A stretch of DNA of 64,000 nt from Vicugna vicugna (Eukaryota). Made by a program: the position numbers and the translations under genes. Positions 38,241-50,582 of this stretch are shown here, piece by piece (position 1 is the stretch's first letter; the number at the start of each line of letters is the position of its first letter). The DNA lies in NCBI GenBank assembly GCA_013265495.1, contig MU057521.1, positions 1,190,335-1,254,334 of the forward strand, written 5' to 3'. The notes under the pieces are model-generated. The model was not told the origin of the DNA. It worked only from the letters and a program-made list of their open reading frames with translations, and did not search any database.

Positions 38241-41019
38241 ACTTTTCTGAAGCAAGTAAACTATGTACTATACTTTGTCAGAATTTACGTATAATGAATG
38301 GCAAAACAAGGAAAATATGTGATGAGAACTACAACGCCACTGTTTCACTATTAATTGGCACCTAGTCCTATAACTGTGCAGTGTGAACCAAGTTCATGTT
38401 TTTTCTGACATGAAATATCATCTTCTCCCTGGTACGTGAACGCAAGGAATATATTTTGCATAGTATGTTACTTCTGTGTGTGTATTTGGCATGTATCTAC
38501 CTTTTTTGTTACCTTATATTGAATATCAGTGTCTTGGATTATCTATTAATTTGCACGAAATAACAGCAAAAAAGTTCATTCTTTGCTCCCAAACATTGTT
38601 GCATATGAACTAGTTTCTCTGTTCTCAGTCTTCTGTTGCCAGTTTTATTTGGAAGGGAAGTCTTCATTTGACACAAATCTCTCTTGAAATTTAACATGTT
38701 GCAAGTGAACAAAACTGTTTTATACTGATAGCTTTTTATTGCATTGTATGGGGAGTCTTATAAATATTCTGTATATGTGTACAGAAGTAGAATTACCATT
38801 AGAAAAGTACCTAGCAACAACCTTAACGTGTCTAATTTTTCTAGTCAAAAATAGCTCCTTATTATAGGCATTCTTTTCAATTATAGTAAGAATTGACACT
38901 TTTTTTCAGGGATAGATGTGTGAATACAGAGAATTGACCAAAGAATGTAAGGTGGAATGATGTACGTTATAAACATATCACCAAAATCTCTAGTCACATT
39001 TTAATATTGTTCTTCATGTTTGATATTTTCATTTTGTACCCTTTGGTAAGTTACAATAGTAAGAATACTGATTTTTGTCTTGTAAACCTTCTAATAACAT
39101 CCATATCATGAAATTTGCCTGTTTTAATAGGTGATTTTAGAATCTACAATCTCACTGGACTCTGCCTAACAGATTTTTTTTTTCTATAGGCAATATTGTC
39201 TTCTGAGTGTAGCTTTGATCAAAATATGTGCGACACAAAGATTGGAAAGCAAAATGTATACTTACGCACTGTTGGTAGGACTCTCTTTTTGGAGTAATTT
39301 GGTGATATCTATCACATTTTAAAAACACATATTCCTTAATATCCTATTCCATTTCTATAATTTATTATAGACAGCTTGTTTGCATTAAAACTGTTGAACC
39401 TACATTTTTTTGGTATCTTCTGCTAGTAAAGGTATTAAAGATTGAAAACAACCTGAGTGTCTAACAGTAGGGGATTGGCTAAATAAAACAGAATGATCTA
39501 TATGTGCTGGTGTAGAATGATCACCAAGATACATTATAAGTTGAATAAATTAGGATGCAGGCAGAATATGTGAATTGTTTCCATTTACATACAAAAAGAG
39601 AGGAATTGGCATCTACCTGGCATATTTCTAAAAGGATACATACAAAAGAGTCTTCAACAATGATTGCTGTTGCAGAGGATGATTGTGGTTGAGAGATGGG
39701 CTTACCTTTTCTTTATATGCCCTTTTATATTTTACCACTTATCACGTCTTCAGTGGCAAGACTAGGATTCCAAACCAGATCACTGACTTCCAAGTCTGCA
39801 TCCTTTCCATTACACCACAACTGCTGTTTTATGTCAGTTTTAAAGCAAAATTTCTCAAATTATTTTAGTATTTAATCAAAGTATCTTAGGAAGTTATTTA
39901 GAGAGTATATCTTATTAACTCAAAGTGGCCAGTCTTCTTAATGCAGAAGGCAAGTCAGGTGGTGCAATACTGATCCTTTAAAAAATAATCAAAGTGACAA
40001 ACTGTACCACCACGCCAAGGCAGAGGTAAATAATCTGCCGAAAACATCATTTAATTCCATCGAGATGTCCACAATGCACAGCACTCAACTTAAAACAAGT
40101 CAGAACATATATGTGATTGTAGGGTCAACTAAGTCTCCAATTACAGTCAAATATAGTCTTCAATTGTCTTTTCTGCATGAAATTCAACTAAGGAAATTCA
40201 CCAAAGCTGAATTAGCATGTACTCTCTTCTTTAATCTTAAAGCTTTGCTGCGTGGTTACATCTAAGTTTCTGGTCTAGTCAGGGAACATGACTAAGCTTC
40301 AAGGAGGAGACACCACAGTTGCAGTCATGGGTGTAACCTTCCGGGTTTTCCCACCTGTTATTTCCAAACTCCCCAGCAGTCAGAGATGATGTTCATTTGT
40401 TTCTGAAACCAGCTGGTCCTTATTAGATGGCTAAGATTGCTCAAGGAAGTGTCATCATATTTTCTGTGTTGTTTGTATCATCCATCAGTTTTGTGCTTGT
40501 GTGCTGCTTTGGTTCAGGCATTGAGATCACATTTAGAACCTCAGCTCTAGCCTTATAACTGGTCCCTGTGCCTTTAATCCTTATTCTTAATTGATTTTAA
40601 AAGCTATTCGTTCATGTCACTCCAGCTAAAACCTTTTAAAATTGCTTTCTCCTGTCCAAAGCAACTTTTTCCAACTCTTTTTATTAGCAAAATGATATAT
40701 TATAGAAAAAAGAATTTACAAATCTGTTTAGCAATTTTAATTTTTCCCCATTTTTGCATAGTATATGATAAAAATGACTTTGAACTATTTTATTATAAAT
40801 ATGCATTATAAAGTTAGTTCTCCCTATAATTTTGCTTCTTCCTGCCTTTTCAACCATGTTGTCATATACAAAACTTTTGTTGTACTTACAGTGTTTGTTC
40901 AATGTCCCTTGAATATGTTTTATATTTTTCTGTCTTGCTGCCTTTGTCTATATTGTTTTTCCTCCTCTTGAAATTCTTTTCCTCCATCTTCCTTTACTTT
41001 TTTCCAGATTCTCTGTATC

Positions 41020-41186
41020 TTTTTTTTAAAATTTAGTTTAATTTTATTTTTTAGGGGGGAGGAGGTAATTAGTGTTATTTATTTATTTTATTATTATTAT
41101 TATAATTTAATGGAGTTACTGGGGATTGAACCTGGGACCTTGTATATGCTAAGCATGTGCTTTACCACTAAGCTGTGCACTCCTCC
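41020..41186 (-). mobile_element. tRNA-derived SINE, camelid Vic-1 type
   Basis: Same family body (ctggggattgaacctgggacc...gctaagcatgtgctttaccactaagct on +), with a T-rich/(TTA)n tail; tgtatc on both flanks. Confidence 0.88.
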
Positions 41187-41734
41187 TCTGTGTATCCTTA
41201 AAGGAAGTTCCAGTTCCTTCCTCTCCCTAAAGCTTCTCCAGCCCATAGTGATCTCAAAGTCCTCTGAACCTGTGGTAATTTTTTGTTTATCTCACTTATG
41301 GCAATCAATTATATAGAGACTTGTGAATGCATTTAGTGTTATTGAAATTTTTTTGTTCATGTTTTAGCTGACTAGATTTTTGTTTAAGATGTTAGTTGGT
41401 TTTCATGTCTCATATATCTTTGTCTTATAAATGTTTATGTAGCGTGAGTATAAAAAGAGACCATGTTTTATTTATCTTTCACCTAAAATTGTGCCTGGCA
41501 AACAAGCTTTTGAATAAAGGTTGATGTTATGTTAAAGAAATGATCTTTAAGTAACGGGATCTTATAAGTATGAAAGTGTGAGATCTTCCTTTGTAAAATT
41601 AGCCTTTCCCTCCATAGCCTGGGAAAGGTTGAGTCAACTTTGGTCTTTCTGTGGCCATTCACAGCCTCAAGCCCAACTTAGCTGGAATCGAGGAGATCTG
41701 AACCTGCACGCTTTTACATATTGTTCAACAGCAC

Positions 41735-41980
41735 TAAAGGTTCAGAGCTCAGGCTTTGGCATCAGAGAGCCAGAGTTCGTATTTCTATTCTGCTACTTCC
41801 TAGTTGCATGACACTAGATAGTCTCTGTTTCTTTTTCTGTAAAATGCAGATGGTAATGACTCTTCTCGCAGGGCTTTCTTAGGAAGGTTAAATAAGGCTA
41901 TCTGCCCAAAGTATTTGGCACAGAATAAGTGGTTTAAAAAAAATGTTAAATGTAATACTAATTATTGTTGTTGTTAATAA
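41735..41980 (+). mobile_element. MIR SINE
   Basis: caggctttggcatcaga...ctgtaaaatgcagatggtaat. Confidence 0.65.
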
Positions 41981-44900
41981 TAATCCTTTTACCTCAAAGC
42001 TGTTCTTATGGTAAAACCATCCAGCATTAAAGAAATACTAACTTTAGTGAATAGTTTGTCAATGAAGTTTCAGTGTTTGTCTCTTCGTAAGTTTAAATCT
42101 TTTGACTTTTACATTTGGCTCAGTGGAATCTTGTGGCAAAGAACAGTGGACTACAAACCAGGAGACTTGAATTATACTTCTAGCTTGCTCACAGATTAAC
42201 TTGCTTGACTTTTAACATAAAGTGATTTAATTGTATCACTGTTAGCTGTGTACATGACTTAATTTCAGTGGTTTATAAGCTTATTTAAGGCAAGAACCAA
42301 GTCTTACTGAATTTTATCTTTCTGCTCCTTATCATGGATTAGTAAATATTCTTTGAATGAATGCATAGCTCAGTTTTTTCATCAGTTAAAATGAGGAGTT
42401 AGACTATCTGTAAGATTTTCTCTAGCTCTCAAATATTTTGAACATAAGGGTCAGTGAAATGAGTCCCAACATTAGAAAAGAGTTGAGGATCAGAAAATAT
42501 AAATGTAAGTTTTGCCATTGGCAGATCTCTAAGATCCATTTTTAATTTAAGCAGCTAGCATGTTAAAATGCCATACATGACTTCAAGTTTAGATATAATT
42601 ACGTTTAAGGTAATATTATTGTCTGTTTATTGAATTTATTTACTCCATACTTCTTCCTTTGTTATTTACCATGACATAGGTTTTTTAGGCATGGTTCAGT
42701 AAATGATCTTTACTATACAAATTGGAATTTAAAGCTAATTGACATTAATTTTCTTCCTACCCTTTAATTGTGAATTGGGTACTTTCATGACTTTTTAATT
42801 ATAAAATGCTCATATTGTAAAAAATATTAACTCTCTCTGGGGAAAATATACCAAAATACAAGCAAAAAAATTCAAAGAATACAGAGAGGAGTGTGTATTG
42901 AAAAATTCTAACTTCTCAGAGTTAATTACTGTTAATAACTTATTGTGTATATTTATAAAAAACATTTAATGCGTATATAAGCATACACAACACACCTACA
43001 TGGACTTTTATATGCCTATCCTTTAAAAAATTATTTTTTAATATTTTACAGTACCTTCCTGTCAGTACCTGAACACAGTAGTTGTTCACCAGATGTTTAC
43101 CTAATTAAGCGATGTTTTTTGCCAGTTAGCAGCTGGTCAGTTTTCCCTCATACATTTAGCTTTTTAAAGTGCCATAAAATTTACATGGAAGATAACCTTT
43201 TCAAGGATCTGAAACTAATTTTTTGAACTATTATAAAAGTACATTCTATCATCAGAACTAAAAGATTAAATGTATGTAAAAATAAGACTATTTTCATATG
43301 TGATTTATAAAATCAATCTGCATGCCTTACAGTCACACCATGTATAATGAATTTAGTTTTCAGACTTAATAAAACTTGCGTACAGGTTTTACTGGTTTGC
43401 CAACTCTGATGAAAGTTCCTGATCATTCAGTTTCTGAGTTATAAAATGAATTACTAAGAAGTTACACAATCCTGGAATTTGAAGAAGTGCTTTGTGGTAT
43501 ACTTTATATTAGAAAATAGTAGTGTCTTTCTTAATAAAAGAGGCTAACTTTTCCAAACTCTGACTCTTATATTAGAGTATTTGAAAAGACATTTGCTTGC
43601 CCTGGAAAAGAATTGTGGCTGAATCCAAAGAATCATATTTATCTAGGAGCTGTAATATTACCTCTTAGTCTTAAAATTCCAAGTACATTTTATTTGCAAA
43701 ATCTTGTTATAGGTTAGTTCTCATCAAAGTTGAGATTACTTTCTTCCATAAATAATTTTTTTATGACTTGGAATAAATTTTTGTAAATTAGGAGATTTTT
43801 ACTTTTATGATATCATGGTTATTGTTTGTTAAAAAGTTTTTTTCTTAGAGAATATAAAGTTGTTGGCTTGGAAAAAAATAATTACAGTGTATTTTTCAGT
43901 GGCCATCATAATACCAAGTCGAAAATTAAGCTATGTTTGCTTTCCCCAAGGGGAAAGGCAGCTATTGCTTAGGTGATTTCTTTGAAACTTTCAGAGAAAT
44001 AGTAACAGTATAATGGAGGAATAATGTGTGATCAAATAGGCTCTAACCTAGGCCTTATGTATGATTACAAATATTAGAAGGAAAAAGAGAATACCTGGAA
44101 TACTAACATTAGATGGATACTTAATATAATAGAAAAATATTTATCTGAAATCAACAGCCCACATCATCCTTAACATTCCATGAAAATAAGAAATAAAACA
44201 GTGAGGTGTTATCACAACACTGGAATATTGGTTGATAAAAGTTCATCCTATTGGGTGTAGTTGTTTTAATATACAGGTTGGAGACATCAGAATAGCAAAT
44301 GAGCAGCTAAGATATGTGTGACTAAGAGCAGAGGGTATAGTACTCAAGTGAGTTTCTGGTTAGGGCAGTGCCAGATAAACTAATATATCAGGAAAATGTA
44401 GATGTTAGATACATGGTCAAAGAAAGTGATTGGAAAATTCACACATACACACAAGAAAGGTAGATGGCCAATATATCTTTCAAGGAATGTTCAAGTTCAC
44501 CAGGAATCAAAGAGATGCATAATTAGATAAGAAAATTTTATAGTATGTTAAATTGGTGAGATTAATAATATCAATCATTGACAACTGCTATTATGCACTA
44601 CTGATGGAACTCTAATTGCTGTATATACTTATTTTGGAAAGCAATGTTAGCAGTATATATCAATAGCCTTAATGATATGGCAGACTCTCACCATATGAGC
44701 TTCATTTTAAAAAAGCAAGATACTAAGTTCTATGTATCCATTTATTTTGCAAAACTGTATAGATATACAAGTCATGGGAAAAAGAGTTAAAAAAAATCTG
44801 GAAATTCTTCAGAAAAATTTAATGATGTCTGAGTTTCCCAATTATAGTGGGTTTGAAATGATTTATCTATTTTTCTATGTACCTTTATTTTTATAATTAT

Positions 44901-45612
44901 AATGTGTATATTTATCAAATTGGAGGGGAAAACTGTAATTTATAGTGTGGTACAAAACATTGGAGAAAAGTAGTTAGATTAATATTTTTGAGAGCTGGAA
45001 ATTTTAGGTAGTATATATAGTGATCTAGGAACTCCAGTTTATAACATATCATGATAATTATTTACCAGGCAGGTGTATTTATAGGTCAGTGGTCTGTTCT
45101 AGTCAAGCATTTTGTGAGAACAGGGACCTTGTCAGTCTTGCTGACACACAGTCCCCTGCACTAAAGATGGTGCCTGACAAATAGTAATAGGCTATTAAAT
45201 ATTTTCAAGTATTGAGTGCAGTTCAAGAAGTCTTTCTCTAATTTGAATATGTGAATCTCTGAGTAGTTTCTTATATAGTAAAATAGCAATAGATTTTTTT
45301 AAAATAATAACAGTTGATATTTATTGAGCACTTACTATGTGACAGGCAGGTTCTACAGCAATAGATTTTTATAATAATGACCCCACACTTACAGAATCTT
45401 GCAATGTCTTCTGAGTAAGAAAGCCAGGCAATCAGTTACTATCTCGGAAAAAAACAGAAGGCTGAGTTAGAGTTTACCAAGGAGAGATCAATCTAAAAGC
45501 TGAGTGTTCAACAGTTACCAGTTCTGCATGTGTAAAATTTAATACAGAAGCAAATTCCTTTGTAAAAATGACTTTATTAAATTTTTTTAACAGCCTGGTC
45601 CATGCCTGTAAA

Positions 45613-45910
45613 TTTTTTTTAATTGAATATAGTCAGTTACAATTAGTCAATTTCTGGTCTACAGCATGATAGTCATGCAGAAATATACATATATTCGTGT
45701 TCATCTTCTTTTTCATTAAAGGTGATTACAAGATACTGAATGTAGTTCTCTGTGCTATACAGAAGAAGTTTGCTTTTTATCTATTTTTATATATAGTGGT
45801 TAACATTTGCAAATCTCAAGCTCTCAAATTTACCCCTTCCCACCCTCTTTCTCCAGTATCCATACAATTGTTTACTATGTCTGGGAGTCTGTTTCTTTTG
45901 TAGATAAGTT
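45613..45910 (-). mobile_element. L1 3' end fragment, same family as 58240-59375
   Basis: ttaattgaatatagtcagttacaa...ttcattaaaggtgattacaagatactgaat is near-identical to the copies at 50420 and 58300. Confidence 0.85.
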
Positions 45911-47359
45911 ATGTCCTTCTTGGCCCTTTGCACCCTAGCCTGCCTAACCCTTTGGAGCTTCTGTCCGTTAGAACCTTGCTATTTACACTAAACTTGTCCT
46001 GCACTTTGAAAACACCATACACTTGTTTGTTCTTTCCCTCATTTGTTGACTTGGTGAACATTTATTCTTTAGGGCTCAATTTAAGATACTTTCTGTTGGA
46101 AGTTTTCCATGGCCTCAGGCAGTGAGATGGGATATAAAAGACAAAGAAAATTTCTGGTCTAGTTAAGAATGAATAAAAAACAAAACGAAAAATAACTATA
46201 TCACAAAGATCTAATAAGAGTTAGAATGTTTTTATATAAATAACTTTTCCCTTTTCCACTGTTTTACTTTACTATATAGTACTTGATCATCTTCCAGGAT
46301 ATTATATTTATCTACTTGCATATTATATTTATCTGCTTTGTTCACTGCTCTGTAACCATTACCTACAACAGTACCCAGCAGTAGATGGAGTAGGTATACC
46401 AATAGTATGGAGTAGGTGCTTCATAAATGTTTAGTGAATGAATGAATGATAACAACCTTTCAAAAACAAAATCCACTTGTAGTTTGGGGGTCATATAAAA
46501 ACATGTCTCAGGCCACGATTCTCCCAGGCCTTAGCTGGCCAACCCCTGTTCTAAAGCATTATTCCCCTTAACAAATATATTTTTATATTGCAGATAATAG
46601 GGAAAGTGACTTAACATTTCTCAAAATGTATTCTGAATAACATTAGATATTGTGATATAATAGGTGTTACTCAACAAAGAAATGTGGTGGACAGATGACT
46701 TGGGGTAATGCTATCTTTGGTTTGGCTTTACCTCTTAAATATTTTGCCCATTTTTGAAATTATGCTATCTTATTTTGAGTTATAGGAGTGTTTCATATTT
46801 TGTAGATATCTCTCTGATATTTGATTAGCAAATATTTCCTCCCATTCTGTGGGTTTTGTGTTTTCACTTTCTTAATAATGACTTAAAACACAAAGTTTTT
46901 AATTTTAATGAAATCCAGCTCATTCATTTCTTTTTTGAACTGTATGGTGGGCAGTGTGTGTGTTATGTTGTGAAGACAGTTTTCTGTTTTATTTTTTCAA
47001 ACAACGTTGTTTGTTTTAGTTTTTTATTAGGAAATTATCTGGTTGAACTCAAGCTGCAAACTCTCGGACAGCAGCTCAAATTTCATTTCAGTTTTTTTTA
47101 CCTCAGCTGGGCTGGTTGCAATATACCATGTGTGTGCATTGTTCAGGAGTTAGAGATTTGGGCAGGGAAACTTGAGTTACTTTAAAGTAGTTTAATTGGT
47201 GTGAGCATTTTTACCTTACTGTTTTAACAGAATTTCTAGATCTTAGAATCATAGTTTTATTAACTGGGAAAAAAAATCATAGGTAATTGATTTCCAATCC
47301 TTTATTTTGGCAGCTAAATAAAAATCTGTTTAATGCTTTTATTTTTTGCCTTATTACAG

Positions 47360-47449
47360 ATCGAGCTGGGAGCATCAGTACCCTTGATTCTTTAGACTTT
47401 GCAAGATATTCAGATGATGGTAACAGGGAAACAGATGAGAGAGTTGCAG
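47360..47449 (+). CDS. RELCH: RELCH exon 2 (90 nt)
   Basis: NRAGSISTLDSLDFARYSDDGNRETDERVA; acceptor ttattacag, donor CAG|GTGAGT; phase 1-1. Confidence 0.95.
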
Positions 47450-49673
47450 GTGAGTAAGATTATAAAGACAGATTCGGATTTTTTGACATTCCGGAAGTAA
47501 TAAAATGACTTGAGGAATTCTCTTTCTTCAACGATTTGGTATGTGAATATAATTATATAGTTATTATACAAAATTATTGTACTAATAATTTATTGGCTGC
47601 AGGGAACATCCCAACCCCCAACTTTGCCTTCCAGTGGTGTTGTGAGTTTTTGGTTATGCTTGCCTACAGTTTGCTGAGTTCTGCTTGTAGCCAATAGTTT
47701 ACAACCATGTAGTTATAAAACTGGTGTAAAGGAGGTTTAAGTTAGCCATGGTTTAGAATAAAGTTGGACCTTAGCTTCGTCATTCCTTTTATCCTCCAAA
47801 CCAGGGCTGAGTAATATTCATGTGTTACATACCAATACAACTCTACTGATTGTTAAAAATTGGTTAAAATACTTCCATGCTGGTTGGTAAATAAAAGTTT
47901 GTCTTGAGTTCCCTGGATGCTCCCTGACCATCACTGTATCTCTCCAGAAATTTATCTTGACTTTCCTGTGAACCAGAAAATAAAGGGTTAATGCTTGGTC
48001 CAGCAGGGGCCTCCAGGACCCTGCCCATTCAAAAAAGAAGACCATCATCCTTTCTAGTTGCTTGATTCCTTGTTCCAGTCTCCTTCCCCTCTCCACCCTC
48101 CCATCAGTTCTGCCTTTTAGGCATCACCATTGGATCTGCAGAGACTTCAGAAGACCTATTTGTACTGCCTGTGTTCTCCCCATATAAAGTGAGGCCAGTT
48201 GGATTCTGCTCGGGGGCCACCCTGAAATTTAGCAGTGTAGCAACCCTGGCTCCTCAATTGCCAAATATCTGGTATCTTCCTGGTCCTTCAAGGCTGTGGC
48301 TGTTATTAAAGTAATTCTTGGATGTCTTGTAGGAATTATGGTTTTCATAGGGCATTGAGAAAAATAGGAAGCAGACAGACATCAGTTAGGTATTTTGATC
48401 CACCAGAATGGGGGGCACACCTGAAACAGGAGGGATGCCACGTAGAACAGATGGAACCTGTAAAGGCAATTAATATAGGATTGGGAAAAATCCATAATGG
48501 AGTCCTCTCTTGACCAACTCTGTTGAATTTTTCTTCTACTTACTGGGACAGGTTTGTTAAAACCTACCAAATGTTTGCCCGTCATAAGTCATTATGAATA
48601 AAAGTGAATGCTGATTTTTATATAGCACTTGCTGCATTCTAAACACAGTTGTAAATGTATATTAACTCATTGAGTTATAGAATTATCATCCTCCCCTCCC
48701 CAGGAAACTGAGGCACTTAGAGAGATTATTTAAGACTTCAGTGGCAGAGCTAAGATGCAAATTCATGTAGCCCAGCAACAGACCCTACAACTGACTGTAC
48801 CTTATGCTGCCTCTTAGCGTTAAGAATGAAGTTTGACCTGATTAAAATGACATTCCAGTATGTGGTTTTCACTCATTATTTGTGAATAGAGTTATTGAAT
48901 GTTTAAAAATCTCAGACAGTATTAGATGAGTTGGGGAAAAAATGATGCAATTGTTTTTAGTTCAGCAGAAGCTAAGAGAGGATTCAGCAATGAAAACAGC
49001 AATATCAATAGAATGGAGAAATCATTGGAAGAGTTTAATGCACCTCCCTATATCAAATCATGATTTAGTCATAAGCATTATTACTTCACAGCTGTATCAA
49101 AACAGCAAATCACATCAGTAATATTTGAAAATTAGCGAATCAAATGGGAATTATTTAAATAATTTTAGAATTAATTAATCCTAATTATATCATTTGTTAA
49201 GTAGCATGTTATATATGATATAGTAAATATTAGATATGATTTATATTATATATTAAATATTAAATACATGGTGTACTAGTTTATTAGAGACTCACCAAAT
49301 ATATCTAGTTTTGTATATTGTATTATTGTTCAAATGGTTACATATTAGAAGATAACTTCTACTCAGAAATTGGCCACATGGTTATTTTCTTTCCTTTAAT
49401 TTCGATTTGAAGATCTAAATTTTAGATTTAGTCAAATTTAAGAGGTTCATTATTATTCTCGTTATTTAGGTAGTTTACTATTTCTAATTCGGGGAACCAT
49501 TGATGTAAAAGCAAAATGTTGTAACTAACCATAACTAAGAGTAAAATATTTAAATATTTGGTAGTTTAACCTTATATTTTAAATCTAAGGATTATACTCT
49601 TGTATCTAAGATTGGGGAGCTAAAGTAATTTTAACTTACTGTATAGTGCTGATATATAAACATATGCTGTCTT

Positions 49674-50030
49674 GACAAAGACAAGTACTGTCTGATATCA
49701 CTTACATGTGGAATCTAAAAACTAATACAGTTGAATCTATATACAAAACAGAAGCAGACTTAACAGTCATAGGAAACAAATTTGTGGTTGCCAGAGGAGG
49801 GAAGGGAGGGAAAAATTAGCAGTATGGAATTAACAGATACACTACTACACATAAAATAGATAAGCAACAGGTTACTCTACAGCACAGGAAACTATACCCA
49901 GTATCTTGTAATAACCTATAATGGAATATAATCTGCAAAAAATAGGTCAAATCACAATGCTGTACACTTGATACTAACACAGTATAGTAAATCAACTATA
50001 CTTCATTGTAAATGAATGAATGAATGAACA
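49674..50030 (+). mobile_element. L1 3' end fragment (artiodactyl type)
   Basis: gatatcacttacatgtggaatctaaaa...aatcaactatacttca; ctgtctt on both flanks (49667, 50031). Confidence 0.85.
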
Positions 50031-50382
50031 CTGTCTTTCATCTTCATTGGAAAAGAGGGAAAACCATGTTATTCTAAGAGAATAGCTTTCAGACTTTTAG
50101 TACTCTTATACCAGCCTGTTACTGAACCAAATGTGTAATCTGTAGGTGAAACTTTACTATTACATGCTTCTGGGAACAATCATCAACAGAGTAGACATAT
50201 GAAGCCTTTTAAAGCCTACATAATCTAGTAGACATTCTAAAATAATATTAAGATTTTTGTCTGTGAGATAGCCTGACCTTGTTCCCTGGATAAGAACCAT
50301 CATCAGTAGCCCTCTCATTCCTTAGCTATTGGCCTGCAGCATACATATCCAGCTTTATCAGAATTAAATAAGCCTATTTGTC

Positions 50383-50582
50383 TTTTTTTTTTAAGGGAAT
50401 GTGCTTTATTTTATTTTATTTTTTATTTAAATGTGTCAATTTCTGGTGTACAGCGCAATGTCCCAGTCATGCGTATACATACATATATTCATTTTCATAT
50501 TCTTTTTCATTAAAGGTTATTATAAGATACTGAACATAGTTTCCAGTGCTATATAGATGAAACTTTTTAAAATCTATTTTTA
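50383..50582 (-). mobile_element. Short L1 3' end insertion with TSD
   Basis: Same family 3'UTR; TSD tatttgtc at 50375-50382 and 50583-50590. Confidence 0.85.
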
